Assembly: GCF_963676685.1 (NCBI RefSeq)
Contig: NC_092347.1
Span: 4,774,001 to 4,838,000 of the forward strand
From: Mytilus edulis
Taxonomy: Eukaryota
Length of the DNA: 64,000 bases
Direction of reading: 5' to 3'
Both the position numbers and the translations under genes were made by a program. Position 1 is the stretch's first letter. The number at the start of each line of letters is the position of its first letter. Below are positions 24,749-36,965 of the stretch, one piece after another. The notes beneath the pieces were generated by a model. That model saw only the letters and a program-made list of their open reading frames with translations, had not been told where the DNA came from and ran no database searches.

Positions 24749-25471
24749 TTATTGACAGTCAGCAGGCAGACGCAAGGCGATTCTTATAACCCATAACCTG
24801 GCTAATTCTGGTATAGGATGAACTCCATCGATATAAAGTGCGTAATTTAAATTATATGATGCCTGGGAACGCTCTCTATGTTTTCTGTTCCGTTCCAAGT
24901 CAAGACCAAATAATGGAGAGTTTTTATGAAAAAGTGTATTTATCTGTGAAATATATTTATTCACTTCTGTAATTTGATGTTCAAGTTTTTTATCCTGTGT
25001 TCGAAATTTTTCTGGAGAAGCGTGGTCGTGACGCTCGTTCCACAAGTAGATGGAATAATATGGGATTTCGAGAAATACCAGTGAAATTGTAGGATAATCT
25101 TTCAAAAAGTCATATATCTGTTTATATGTTTGACACACGTGTCGTACGGTCGTGAAATCCTCCGATCTTAAATCAATGAATTTTCCCTTTTTCTCTGTGA
25201 GATCACAGGTCCCGAGCCAAATGTAGAGTGTAATGTGGTTAGAGTCAAGTTCTTGAATTTTGGTTGCTAGATTGTCTTTAAGCCACCTATATTGTTCTTC
25301 AACACCCACACCACGCCTACACCAAAAATAAAGTTTATTCTCGGGGTGTCTTTGTGAATTAACGACCTCCTGTAGATATATCCCCTTGCTGTCAGAGAGT
25401 ATAACAGGAATTTTCCCTAAATTTCCTAAGGAATTCAACCTTGGTTCGAGGTTCCGAATTTGCTTATTCAC
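24749..25471 (-). CDS. SGNH/GDSL hydrolase (esterase)-like accessory protein of the LTR element, ~240 aa
   Basis: Block I VILSDSKG, block II RRG, block III IWLGTCDL and block V IDGVHP appear in canonical order and spacing. There is no ATG at the 5' end (GTG start, or a mutated or spliced start). Confidence 0.78.
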   Translation of the reverse strand: MNKQIRNLEPRLNSLGNLGKIPVILSDSKGIYLQEVVNSQRHPENKLYFWCRRGVGVEEQYRWLKDNLATKIQELDSNHITLYIWLGTCDLTEKKGKFIDLRSEDFTTVRHVCQTYKQIYDFLKDYPTISLVFLEIPYYSIYLWNERHDHASPEKFRTQDKKLEHQITEVNKYISQINTLFHKNSPLFGLDLERNRKHRERSQASYNLNYALYIDGVHPIPELARLWVIRIALRLPADCQ

Positions 25472-25671
25472 CTTCGATAAACTCTTAGGAAAATGTAAAG
25501 TACACTTAATATATTGTTAATAAATGAAAATGTTATTTCTAATAATTCGGACACACATACAAAAATTTGACCACCCACGTGGTTTTCCCACTTCAGTGAA
25601 AATTATGGGAAAAAAATTTCAGTTCATTTCAGTTCAGGTTTACACAAATAAAGTCCTTTGAATGAAGTTAT

Positions 25672-25689
25672 ATTTCGGGTCCTCCGCCA
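25672..25689 (-). promoter_or_regulatory. Primer-binding-site-like sequence TGGCGGAGGACCCGAAAT
   Basis: Immediately follows the 5' LTR and begins TGG (complement of tRNA CCA). Cognate tRNA not identified. Confidence 0.7.
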
Positions 25690-25881
25690 TGTAATAATCC
25701 TGTGTGGGGATACGAGAGGCAAAATATGAGGAACTCATAAAATTACATCCTTTAATGGCGCTTGCAAAACGAAAAAGAGACAGTACATGTGATTACGATT
25801 ACATACATGTATATAACAAAATCATATACGGACTGAACAGTATTTCCGGAAACGCGGATTCAACCCCCTATATATATTACA
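25690..25881 (-). repeat. 5' LTR (192 bp)
   Basis: Direct repeat of 22430-22621. Confidence 0.95.
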
Positions 25882-26909
25882 GTGTTTGTAGATAGATGTT
25901 TTTGTGTTCTGTTAAATTGTTCGTTTTAAAATTGTTACATGATGATGACTGCTGTACCCATATTTTGACTACTTTCTTTATTATGTCTGTTTAGTTCACG
26001 CATCATTGTAAATATAACGGAATTTGATGAGACTGTCATCAAAGTGAGAGGTTTAGCGCTTTAAAACCAGGTTTAATCCACCATTTTCTACATTTGAAAA
26101 TGCCTGTATCAAGTCAGGAATATGACAGTTCATGTCCATTCGTTTTTGATGTGTTTTGTCATTTGATTTTGCCATGTGATTATGGACTTTCCGATTGGAT
26201 TTTCCTCTGAGTTCAGTATTTTTGTGATTTTACTTTTTGTTACCCTTAATTACTCAAAACTTTTACCAAATTCTTTGATAGATACAAAGATTGGGTGTTA
26301 AAGTTTGGCTATACCTGTAGATTTTTTTGTTTCGCATTTTTTCCAGTTGGGACTGTTTATGTCTGATTATTTACCCATCGTTGAAGGCCGTATGCAGACC
26401 TTATCGCCATACGTACACGAGCAACACGACTGGTGCCATACATGGAGCAGGATTTGCTTACTCTTTTGTAGCACATGAGATCACCCGCGGTTTTGATGAC
26501 ATTCGTGCTAACGTTGTCCAGTCTTTTGCAAGATTAGATCGTATGTAAATAATTTGCATACTTTTACATATTCGAAACATAAATACCTACCTAGACCTAG
26601 AAAATTCAGAGTATGGACAGAATTCTTTCAGTAATGAACTAATCAAGCAGTGCATGAATTAATTACCTCAGAAATATGGTCTTATTTGCCCAGTTTTAAA
26701 ATGACATATCTAGCTGTTGTAGAGGACATAAAAGTTTATGCAGTGAATGTTAATACCAAACTCTGCTGTCTCATGGCTGAATTATATCTCTTCTTTTTGA
26801 AATATTTGTCTAATTTTGCCTTCTGCTTTTAGATTCATAGTTATTGACTACATGCATTGCTATATGTTAATAATAGTGCTCTCTGCTTGTTGGGAATTTC
26901 AAAATTATC

Positions 26910-27240
26910 TTGTGTACTAATTTTATTTTATGATAATGTGTGCTAATTTTATTTGATAATAATTTGTGCTGAGGTAAATTGATAATATGTATGCTAATCT
27001 TATTTGATAATAACTTGTGTGCTATCTTATATAATTATTTGTGCTAATCTTACATAATTATTTGTGCTAATCTTAATTAATTATTTGTGCTAATCTTATA
27101 TAATTATTTGTGCTAATCTTATATAATTATTTGTACTAATCTTATTTGATACTAATATGTGCTAATCTTATTTGATAATAATTTGTGCTATCTTATTTGA
27201 TAATTATGCGTGCTATTCTTATTTAATAATTATGTGTGCT
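26910..27240. repeat. Degenerate 23-26-bp AT-rich tandem repeat (tgtgctaatcttatataattatt)
   Basis: Recurring tgtgctaatctta motif. Confidence 0.75.
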
Positions 27241-27825
27241 TATATTGTTATGCCTATATGACTTGCCATACATGATACTTATTTTATTCCACTGATCGAG
27301 TTACAAAGGATTTTTTGCTTAAAAACTAGTTGATTCCTAGCTAGCTGTTACATGCTCAGCGAAACATTAATGTTGAAAATCTTTTTCTCGTTTGAATACT
27401 TTTTATCAATTGTCATTTCATGTCCTTTAAAAGCTGACTATTCGGTATGTTCTTTATAGTTACAAGTGATTTAAAGTTGGTATTTCTGTGCCATTTGGTC
27501 TCTTATGGAGAGTTGTCTCATTGGCAATCATACCACATTTTTTTTTATATTTCAAGCAATTCCACAGATGACTATTTTTATGTCCTTTTTCAAAATACTT
27601 ATGATGTCTGTGGCTATAAAACAGTTAAAGACCAGCTGATTACGAAAACTGTTTGACAATGACTTTAATACAACGTATTTTTAATATTCAACGCTGAAGT
27701 ACAACATATTTTTTATATTCATTAAAAAAGTATAAACTAATTTGTAAAGAATTATCATATATTTATTCCACAAAAAGCACTTTTTATCAACATTGTTAGC
27801 ACTATAATATATTGTTCGCAATGAT

Positions 27826-28578
27826 TTAAACAACAGTCTCTCTTCTTTTCAGTGGATTCACTTCTTTTATAAGTATGCTCTTAATCTCCTTTGCAGCATG
27901 GTGACCCGAATATCTATCGGTTTCGTTCTGGAGTATTGGTCTGTTGGTTGCTGTAGTAGAGCAACGTCTCAAATACCCCCAGCATGCATCACTTAACTCT
28001 GGAACATCAAATTCTTCAGCAGCACATGTCATTCCAACAACTGTAGTCACGTCCATAACAACACTTCCTGTGTGTACAAAGTTGATGAATTGTCTAAACA
28101 CATCAATGTCGTAGTTATGTATTGGTATGTTTTGGTTGTCGTTTTTCTTTGTTTTTTTCTGAATCTGTGGACTATTCTGCTGTATCATCATTTCTTGAAG
28201 TACTTTACTTCTTGACCCAATGACTGCCTTTAAACCATGAACAAGGAAGCGTTGTGGTCCAATTTCAAATGTAACATCACAAAGTTGTGGCATAGACAAA
28301 ATGTACTTTATATTGTTGACTACTGTTTCTGTATTGGTCACGTGCATCGTATCACCAGGATCTTCAAGGTTATCCAAATCATCACCTTCATCGTCACTTT
28401 CACTTGAAATATCATTTTCTGAAGATGAACCGCTGTTGCAGTTATCTGATTCACCGCCCGATGCTGACAAACTGGGTTCCGAGTCGGATACAAATACTGG
28501 AGAGTCATAACCAGAAGATGACTCTTCTTCAAGGTCATCCAAGTTCAACAAAGGTACTCTGTCTGCTAAGAAGTTCAT
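27826..28578 (-). CDS. Intronless BTB/POZ-domain protein (serine-enriched protein-like), paralog B, 250 aa
   Basis: Colinear with paralog A; I count 29 of 250 aa different. The true start is the ATG at 28578 (MNFLADRV), not the TTG at 28605. Confidence 0.9.
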   Translation of the reverse strand: MNFLADRVPLLNLDDLEEESSSGYDSPVFVSDSEPSLSASGGESDNCNSGSSSENDISSESDDEGDDLDNLEDPGDTMHVTNTETVVNNIKYILSMPQLCDVTFEIGPQRFLVHGLKAVIGSRSKVLQEMMIQQNSPQIQKKTKKNDNQNIPIHNYDIDVFRQFINFVHTGSVVMDVTTVVGMTCAAEEFDVPELSDACWGYLRRCSTTATNRPILQNETDRYSGHHAAKEIKSILIKEVNPLKRRETVV

Positions 28579-28637
28579 AGTTATAATGTATTTCGTTCTT
28601 TTCAAAATGCTTTATGATATCTAGAGACAAAACGGAA

Positions 28638-28727
28638 TTATTATATATGCAAAGTATTTTGACAAGTGAGTTTTGAAACTCTCACTCATTCAACTCATTA
28701 GATCAGCTTGGAGTAATAATTGACAGA
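28638..28727 (-). promoter_or_regulatory. Putative proximal promoter of BTB paralog B
   Basis: TATA-like TATATAA and the same conserved blocks as upstream of paralog A. Confidence 0.5.
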
Positions 28728-29699
28728 TACAAAAGAACTGTTTTGAAGCTTTGATTATACTTAATTTTAATCATTATTAATTATTAGTAATTAACATACT
28801 TTTTTTGTTTGCGTGATTACTTTGATTCAGGATTTTAAATAGAAACTAAAACTTAATTAGGATAATTGTTATCATGACATTAATTTTCAGTTGCACATTT
28901 TTACAACCATGTTCACTTTAAAATTTTACTTTTTTACATACTGTTTAAAGCGATATTGCAGCGAAATACAATCTTTGAATAAAAACATTAAAAAGATGTA
29001 TGTCTTATGCAAGCAAAGAAGTTAGACTAATTTTAAAATATCTCTAATTGTTTCACTTAAAGATACAAAATATAAAATTTGACCAATTCTACTGGAATTT
29101 GATCGCTTAAGAGTTTTTCAATATATTACGAAGATGCCAAAATGAAAGAATATGTATCAAAAGGATCATATCATACATTTTTTTCACACTAGATCTTTGG
29201 TTTCGGTTTATAAATGTATTATTTAAATTTCACAGGGGTGGGAGTTATATGTGTTTTTTTTTCTCCTAAAAAATGTATTCTGATCCCAGTTAAAAAACAT
29301 TGTGGTATAGATGACAACCAAAAAGTTCTGTTTGCAGCTTTCCCAATACCTTTATAGTGTTAAACATTGAAAAAAATATTTGATTGATATCGTTAAAAAC
29401 TAAAAAACTATAAAAAAATTCTGACTCAGACATAAAAACATACCCCCTTCAATTTAAATGGTTGCTTAAATGTTCCGCCATTTGAATGAAGAAACTAGAT
29501 ATTCTATGTAAAGAATGCATAAAATCGGTAGTAAAACTTTATTATTTTATCGTGTTTGTCCATAGTAATTTAAAGCTAAGGAATTCCGAATAAAACAGTT
29601 TGGTTTCAAACACTTTAATTGGACAGCGGGGAAAACAATCAGAAAAAATAGACAGTGCAACACAAACTGAAAACTGAGCAATATAAACTCTTCTAAAAT

Positions 29700-31035
29700 C
29701 AGGCAGGTACTTATATGTTCTTTAGCTGCAGGCAGGTACTTATATGTTCTTTAGCTCCAGGCAGGTACTTATATATGTTCTTTAGCTCCAGGCAGGTACT
29801 TATATGTTCTTTAGCTCCAGGCAGGTACTTATATGTTCTTTAGCTCCAGGCAGGTACTTATATGTTCTTAAGCTCCAGGCAGGTACTAATATGTTCTTAA
29901 GCTCCAGGCAGGTACTTATATGTTCTTAAGCTCCAGGCAGGTACTTATATGTTCTTTAGCTCCAGGCAGGTACTTATATGTTCTTTAGCTGCAGGCAGGT
30001 ACTTATATGTTCTAAAACTCCAGGCAGGTACTTATATGTTCTTAAGCTCCAGGCAGGTACTTGTATGTTCTTAAGCTTCAGGCAGGTACTTATATGTTCT
30101 TAAGCTGCAGGCAGGTACTTATATGTTCTTTAGCTGCAGGCAGGTACTTATATGTTCTTTAGCTGCAGGCAGGTACTTATATGTACTTTAGCTGCAGGCA
30201 GGTACTTATATGTTCTTAAGCTCCAGACAGGTACTTATATGTTCTTTAGCTGCAGGCAGGTACTTATATGTTGTTTAGCTGCAGGCAGGTACTTATATGA
30301 TCTTTAGCTGCAGGCAGGTACTTATATGTTCTTTAGCTGCAGGCAGGTACTTATATGTTCTTAAGCTCCAGACAGGTACTTATATGTTCTTTAGCTGCAG
30401 GCAGGTACTTATATGTTCTTTAGCTGCAGGCAGGTACTTATATGTTCTTTAGCTGCAGGCAGGTACTTATATGTTCTTAAGCTCCAGACAGGTACTTATA
30501 TGTTCTTTAGCTGCAGGCAGGTACTTATATGTTCTTAAGCTCCAGACAGGTACTTATATGTTCTTTAGCTGCAGGCAGGTACTTATATGTTCTTTAGCTG
30601 CAGGCAGGTACATATATGTTCTTTAGCTCCAGGCAGGTACTTATATGTTCTTTAGCTCCAGGCAGGTACTTATATGTTCTTTAGCTGCAGGCAGGTACTT
30701 ATATGTTCTTTAGCTGCAGGCAGGTACTTATATGTTCTTAAGCTCCAGACAGGTACTTATATGTTCTTAAGCTGCAGGCAGGTACTTATATGTTTAGCTC
30801 CAGGCAGGTACTTATATGTTCTTTAGCTCCAGGCAGGTACTTATATGTTCTTAAGCTCCAGACAGGTACTTATATGTTCTTTAGCTCCAGGCAGGTACTT
30901 ATATGTTCTTTAGCTCCAGGCAGGTACTTATATGTTCTTTAGCTGCAGGCAGGTACTTATATGTTCTTTAGCTGCAGGCAGGTACTTATATGTTCTTTAG
31001 CTGCAGGCAGGTACTTATATGTTCTTAAGCTGCAG
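29700..31035. repeat. 29-bp minisatellite (caggcaggtacttatatgttctttagctc), ~46 copies
   Basis: Period of 29 (29700/29729). Highly homogeneous. Confidence 0.95.
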
Positions 31036-32174
31036 ATAATTTCCTCTATGCCGATGATCTACTCATAATGCTACCCACATGTTATATTATATTTTCTAAT
31101 TTGGAAAGACACCATACTATCTTTGCTATCATGATCAAAGTTTTTAGAATTCCATCAATCACTTGTCATGAAAACAAGCTAGATAAATCAGAGATAGAAC
31201 AGCCTTATTTAGATTTGTCTAGATTTATAATAGTCCATTGTATACGTTATAATCACTTCTGATGTATGAGTATTATTTCTTTAAATCACAACTACATGTT
31301 ATTTCCATCACAGTAATGGCCTCTTAACCCGTCAGAGTAATATATTCCTACGCCAGACGTCTATGTAACTTAGAATTAGATGTATACAAATCCATATTTC
31401 ATCTTGGATGGTTTAATTTTGTTTTCTTAGACTAACAAACAATATTATGCCTTATTCTTAAATACATTTTTATCTCATTTAAAAAAATCAGTTGAAAAGT
31501 AGATAATCTAAAAGTAGGTTAATAGCATTTACGAGAATGATGATAACAAACTTTAATTTCCTCTTAACGAGTTTTAACTTGTCTCGTCTCTCAAACAAAA
31601 GTCTTATTGGATAAAAAAAGAAAAAAGGAAAAAAGGAAAAAAGTGTAACTTGAATTGCACTACTATTCCCCCATTTCGTTTTATTTTGAAACCCCACAAG
31701 CTTATCTCTATGGCTATGGTTTTATAAGATTTGCACAGTTTCACCTATAAACGAAAAAAAACCCTCAAAAACACACCAAAAGAAACAGACATCGCTAACG
31801 AGATTCAGTTAAGAAAAGCTGGATAATTTTGGATGATTTCCATACATTTTGACATTGTATTCGCATACATTATATACGAATACCCCCATCGAAAAAAAAA
31901 GACTTTCTTAAGGAATCATTTAGTATATTATCATAATTTTGATGAATGTTATGCATTTTCCAGTCGCTTATGATTGTGACTTCTTATCCACTTTCCGCAT
32001 GAAGACATATTTCTCGAATCACACTGGTCGGCGTGTGATATGAAATAGTGTTTCGAAAAAATCCAACGATTTGGTTGCCAGGTTTTGCAATGTGTGTTTG
32101 AAATTGCGACATTTACACTGGCTACTGAGTAACTCTTTATGTCAATGACGACTTTCAAAGGTCATGCACATGTC

Positions 32175-32371
32175 TATGGTGGCCGGTTAAGGCCATTTCG
32201 CGTTTTCGCCCTTTATATTATAAAGGGTGAAAACGCGAAATTGCGAAGTCGAAAACGCGAAGTCGAAAACGCAAAATCGCGAAGTCGATAACGCGAAAAG
32301 GCGAAATATTTCTTTCCGATTTCGCGTTTTCGACTTCGCGAAAATGCGAAATGGGGTTAACCAGCCACCAT
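32175..32371. mobile_element. IS3EU-like MITE
   Basis: TIRs tatggtggccggttaaggccatttcgc / gcgaaatggggttaaccagccaccat. Flanks catgtc/catttc (imperfect 6-bp TSD). Internal cgaaaacgcgaa repeats. Confidence 0.65.
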
Positions 32372-34142
32372 CATTTCCCCCTTAACAATGGAGATTCTTC
32401 AATAACATACAAAACACTATCCTGTTTCACATGGAACTATAAAGCGTCTACAAACAATAGAAATATATGATGTTTAGAGTAGTCTGGGTTTAGAGTAGTC
32501 TGGGTTTCTGAAAATTTTGTCTCAAGCGAACTAGTATATGAAGTGAATCGGTTATATTACACCAGGACAGTGATAATTTCTGCATTTAAAGAAGAAATAC
32601 GCTTAACAACTTATGAAAACTAGAAATTGATATCAAATATCATTATTTATTTCAATGATAGTTATAAACTCGCCATAGGCTCGTTTATTATTATATTGAA
32701 ATTAAACAACTCGAGTCAATATCAAGCGATATCAAATCCTCCATCGTTATGAGACCAAACAGTATCAATAGAACTAGATATCAATCATGAAAATTAAATA
32801 ACATTTAATTTCAGCATCAAACGTCCTGAAGACAGCAACATGTATATATTTCTATGACTTGCTTTGATGGTAGCAATCTGCGTGTTAGATAGTTTTAGCT
32901 AGATTCCTACAGAGTAATATATTTTATAAGTATCATGTTTTGAATACCAGAAAAAATCTGAATTCAAATTAAAAAGAGTGTTTTTTCCCTGTAACATTGA
33001 ATAATTAAAAAGTCATTTTGCGTGTTTTTCTTTAAAAGATTTGAATGAAGTAATTGTAGCTGGACTTCGATCAATCATTCAATTACTTGTATATTTTCTC
33101 TACAGTTTTTCATATCTTATCATCTTAACTTGTTTATAATTCTAATATGGTATTCTATGATCCTTGTAGTTGTGCCTTATAGTAAAGGCATGATTGTATT
33201 GGCTTTATTTGACCTTGATGTCCATGATACACCTTAAAGTATAGGAATAAATCTGGTCGATTTGTTTGACCCTATGATAGAGTACAGACAAATCATAGAA
33301 ACAGTATGACTATCTATATTTTCTATGCAATTACAGTTTTTGTATGATTCAGTAATATTGATAGATCATCTTTCTTCCCAGATTTTGATTTGGGTTATTC
33401 TGTGACTCACGTGCATCTTCTAATGCAAGTAAATATTTGTTCCTATTGATCTATGGCTGGTTCTTAACCTTAGTTTTCTCGTATTTCTTAAGTCATTATT
33501 TTAATAGTTCAAATAAAATTGGATAGTTTGATAGAGCTAATAAAAAGTTCTTTATAGTTATTGTTGATACAGTGTGCAACCTTATGTAACCATAAATAGT
33601 CTGAGATTAGCCTATAAAACCACGCGAGCTTTAAATAAGAATTTATATTAAAACAGTTAAGGCTAGAAAGATAAATATCTTTATAAAATTTCGTTCATTT
33701 ATTAGAATGACGTTTAATTTTGAAAACCGGCAAATGGCATTGCATTTTACTGCTACAATTTGATTGTTTTTATCAAAACATTCACTGATCATAGTTATTA
33801 CCGGTTAGCAATTCTTGTCATCATTTGATTTAAAATTTGGTGTTCAAGTTTCTTTCAATGGTGACTGAGTTGTTGAACTAGTTCATGTAAAACGACTATT
33901 AGCATGTTAACACTGAGGTTATGTGTTCGAACACCATAGTGGTAGGTGAATTCAGCTAGTTTTACTACTTCCTGAATGTGGCTTTAAATACTATTAATCA
34001 ATCAATCAATACATTTTCATTTAAATCAAAGTTTTCCTGATCGAGAAATATCTAGAGGCAAACAATGTTGACCCGTTAAGGTAACACAACTACAGAAAAA
34101 AGTTGAATGACGGATTAATCTTTACAATAAAGCATCTCTTAT

Positions 34143-34855
34143 GTAAGGATACATATTCTCCCCCTTCTGAACACGTCAACCCCAGTAAGGATACATATTC
34201 TCCCCCTTCTGAACACGTCAACTCCAGTAAGGATACATATTCTCCCCCTTCTGAACACGTCAACCCCAGTAAGGATACATATTCTCCCCCTTCTGAACAC
34301 GTCAACTCCAGTAAGGATACATATTCTCCCCCTTCTGAACACGTCAACTCCAGTAAGGATACATATTCTCCCCCTTCTGAACACGTCAACTCTAATAAGG
34401 ATACATATTCTCCCCCTTCTGAACACGTCAACTCTAGTAAGGATACATATTCTCCCCCTTCTGAACACGTCAACTCCAGTAAGGATACATATTCTCCCCC
34501 TTCTGAACACGTCAACTCCAGTAGGATACATATTCTCCCCCTTCTGAACACGTCAACTCCAATAAGGAAACATATTCTCCCCCTTCTGAACACGTCAACT
34601 CCAGTAAGGATACATATTCTCCCCCTTCTGAACACGTCAACTCCAATAAGGATACATATTCTCCCCCTTCTGAACACGTCAACTCCAGTAAGGATACATA
34701 TTCTCCCCCTTCTGAACACGTCAACTCTAGTAAGGATACATATTCTCCCCTTCTGAACACGTCAACTCTAGTAAGGATACATATTCTCCCCCTTCTGAAC
34801 ACGTCAACTCCAGTAAGGATACATATTCTCTCCCTCCATAACACGTCAACTCCAG
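34143..34855. repeat. 42-bp minisatellite (aggatacatattctcccccttctgaacacgtcaactccagta), ~17 copies
   Basis: Period of 42. Accounts for the four overlapping repetitive ORFs. Confidence 0.95.
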
Positions 34856-36841
34856 ATTTTTGTGAGAATCTTTGCTTTTTCTATGGAGATATCAGTTCTT
34901 TCTCGACTTTTGAGTTTTAAATGTCCCGTTATAAATATGTCCCGTCTATTTTTCAAGTGATCATTATATGGCGAAGTTCAATTGATTAAGTAGTTCTTCT
35001 ATTATGGCTTGACCAATATTTTGAAAGGTTTATATCAAAGGTTAAAATCCTTGCCAAAATTGGAGAACGTTTTCAATTACTATAGTTCAACTTTGATCTG
35101 AACCTTTTGAAAGCAGTGAATTCTCGAGGGAACTGAATGCTATCTCAGATTAATTATTATAATTGATTTATTGTAAGTAACTTAACGTTCAGCGACAAAT
35201 ATATTTCATGTCTATTCAGGACGAACAATCCTACAGATTTTCCTTACTGTTTACAAAAAGCAAATATTTAGATTACATGTCGCTTACATCCTAAATTAAA
35301 CTTGCATGCGATTCTAATCATGATGTCATTAGTTCCACATACGAAGAAAAGTTATGATGGATGGAAATATATGGAGCCATTTGATTTACGATTGATATCG
35401 TATTTAAGAGATTTTTTTGTTTATTTAGTTAAGAGATTGATTGTTCGCCTAAATGTTTATATTGTACATTAAAACAAACATAAAAGAATCAGTGGGTCAT
35501 TATAATGTTCAGAACTATTATCATCAATGTCAGTTAGGCCACCAAGATAAAAGACTTCCATAACGATATAAAATCGGAATCAATAAGTTTTGATTTGGTA
35601 CTAATATTCTTCTGGGAGTATACCACCTTATTAAATTATTACGTAAATAGTCAAACCGGGAATAAACACTGGAACAATTCCGGTAATAACTGTAGCAATT
35701 TATACGTCAACTTTAGGGGAATAAAAAAACTATTGACTCTTAATAACTCCCGCAACTGATTAGGTTACCAAGGGTATACTTGTTGATCAGCGGTACCACT
35801 TATATTTCTTCAAACTAAGTATAAATATTCGACTAAAATCAAGGATGCTAGAGTACAATATTAAAACCGAATTCTTGTAAACTCATACTGTAATTTGGAT
35901 TACTTGAACTTCTGTTTCCTTCCGGGTATACGTATTGATAAGAACATTAATTTAAGCATTGTTTATAGAATATTATGTGCAATCAACGGAAATAAGATTC
36001 AAACTCCCTTAAGCACAGTTGTGATCAGTCATTCCCCCCCCCCCCCCTTTTTTTTTTCTTTTTTAAAGGAGATTTTATCTCTCTTATGTGTTTGTCTTTC
36101 TTTGAATTACTAACTTTTACGCACTTTACTTTTCCATGAGGTAACAATTATTTCAGCAAGTAGTTTTAGCCTACTTTCTACTGGCATAGTTCATGATGTA
36201 ATAAACAGAAAAATCTAAATTTGCAAGTTGAATCTTTCTAAAAAGGTACGGAGGCTTCAGAATATCCTACATCAAGTCAACAAGAAGCTATACTTGTTAA
36301 TCGGATGTTGAATACACATACTATAATTTAATATTTTCTTCTGTGCGGGACATGTTCCTAATTCTATGTCTAATTCTAACCAATCGAATCTTAGCCACAC
36401 TATCCTATGTACGCCAACCATTCATAAGCTGTAGTAGTTATGATGTACTTTTAAGTTGGCGCGAATAAAGAATGAAACTAATAACTTGGCATCGTAAATT
36501 AATGCGAAAAAAAAGCAATAACCGTTACAGTTTGAAGCAAAACTAAATTTACCTTTTTTTTGAATTTCTGTATAGTTTGATCTGGGAATTGCCAATGATC
36601 GCGTCTTTCTGTACTGATGACGCCGTTGCATAAAATCAAATCTTCTATTCTTGAAGTGCAGTCGCCGAATTAAAGTTGGACAATTTGATGTTGATGGTTA
36701 ATGTTTGATAATTCTTCACTTTATTGAGACTCGAGATTATTAAGATCTTACTTTGACTACTACGGGGATTTTAGAAGTCATTGACAATCCAATATTTGAT
36801 TTAAGGTCTAGTACGTGCGATTCGATGCTTGAGTACTTTTA

Positions 36842-36965
36842 GATATAGGAAGATGTGGTATGAGTGTCAATGAGACAACTCTCCATCCAAATAACAATTT
36901 ATAAAAGTAAACCATTATAGGTCAATGTACGGCCTTCAACACAGAGCCTTGGCTCACACCGAACA
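36842..36965 (-). mobile_element. Dispersed SINE-like repeat, family A fragment
   Basis: ggaagatgtggtatgagtgtcaatgagacaactctcca is the reverse complement of the family A tail seen at 53085-53126, 27505-27550, 22245-22291 and 38680-38733. Confidence 0.7.

Larger units (their letters stand above)
22430..25881 (-). mobile_element. Non-autonomous Gypsy/Ty3-like LTR retroelement: LTR-PBS-SGNH hydrolase-gag-pro-LTR
   Basis: 192-bp TG...CA LTRs with one mismatch. 4-bp TSD GTGT at 22426-22429 and 25882-25885. TGG-initiated PBS-like site, gag with two CCHC knuckles, and a DSG aspartic protease. Confidence 0.93.
21573..26238 (+). mobile_element. Dispersed repeat (family C) split by two nested insertions
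   Basis: Removing the MITE and the LTR element restores ...aaattttctgacgtcagacacgcgaatcaatgaatgtgtttgtagatag.... Its 3' part (26040-26238) matches the reverse copy at ~61868-62130. Confidence 0.65.

Noticed and set aside
34090-34844. Four long overlapping repetitive ORFs (DTYSPPSEHVNSSK etc.)
   Set aside because: They arise from a 42-bp array without stop codons. Single-base deletions shift frames freely.
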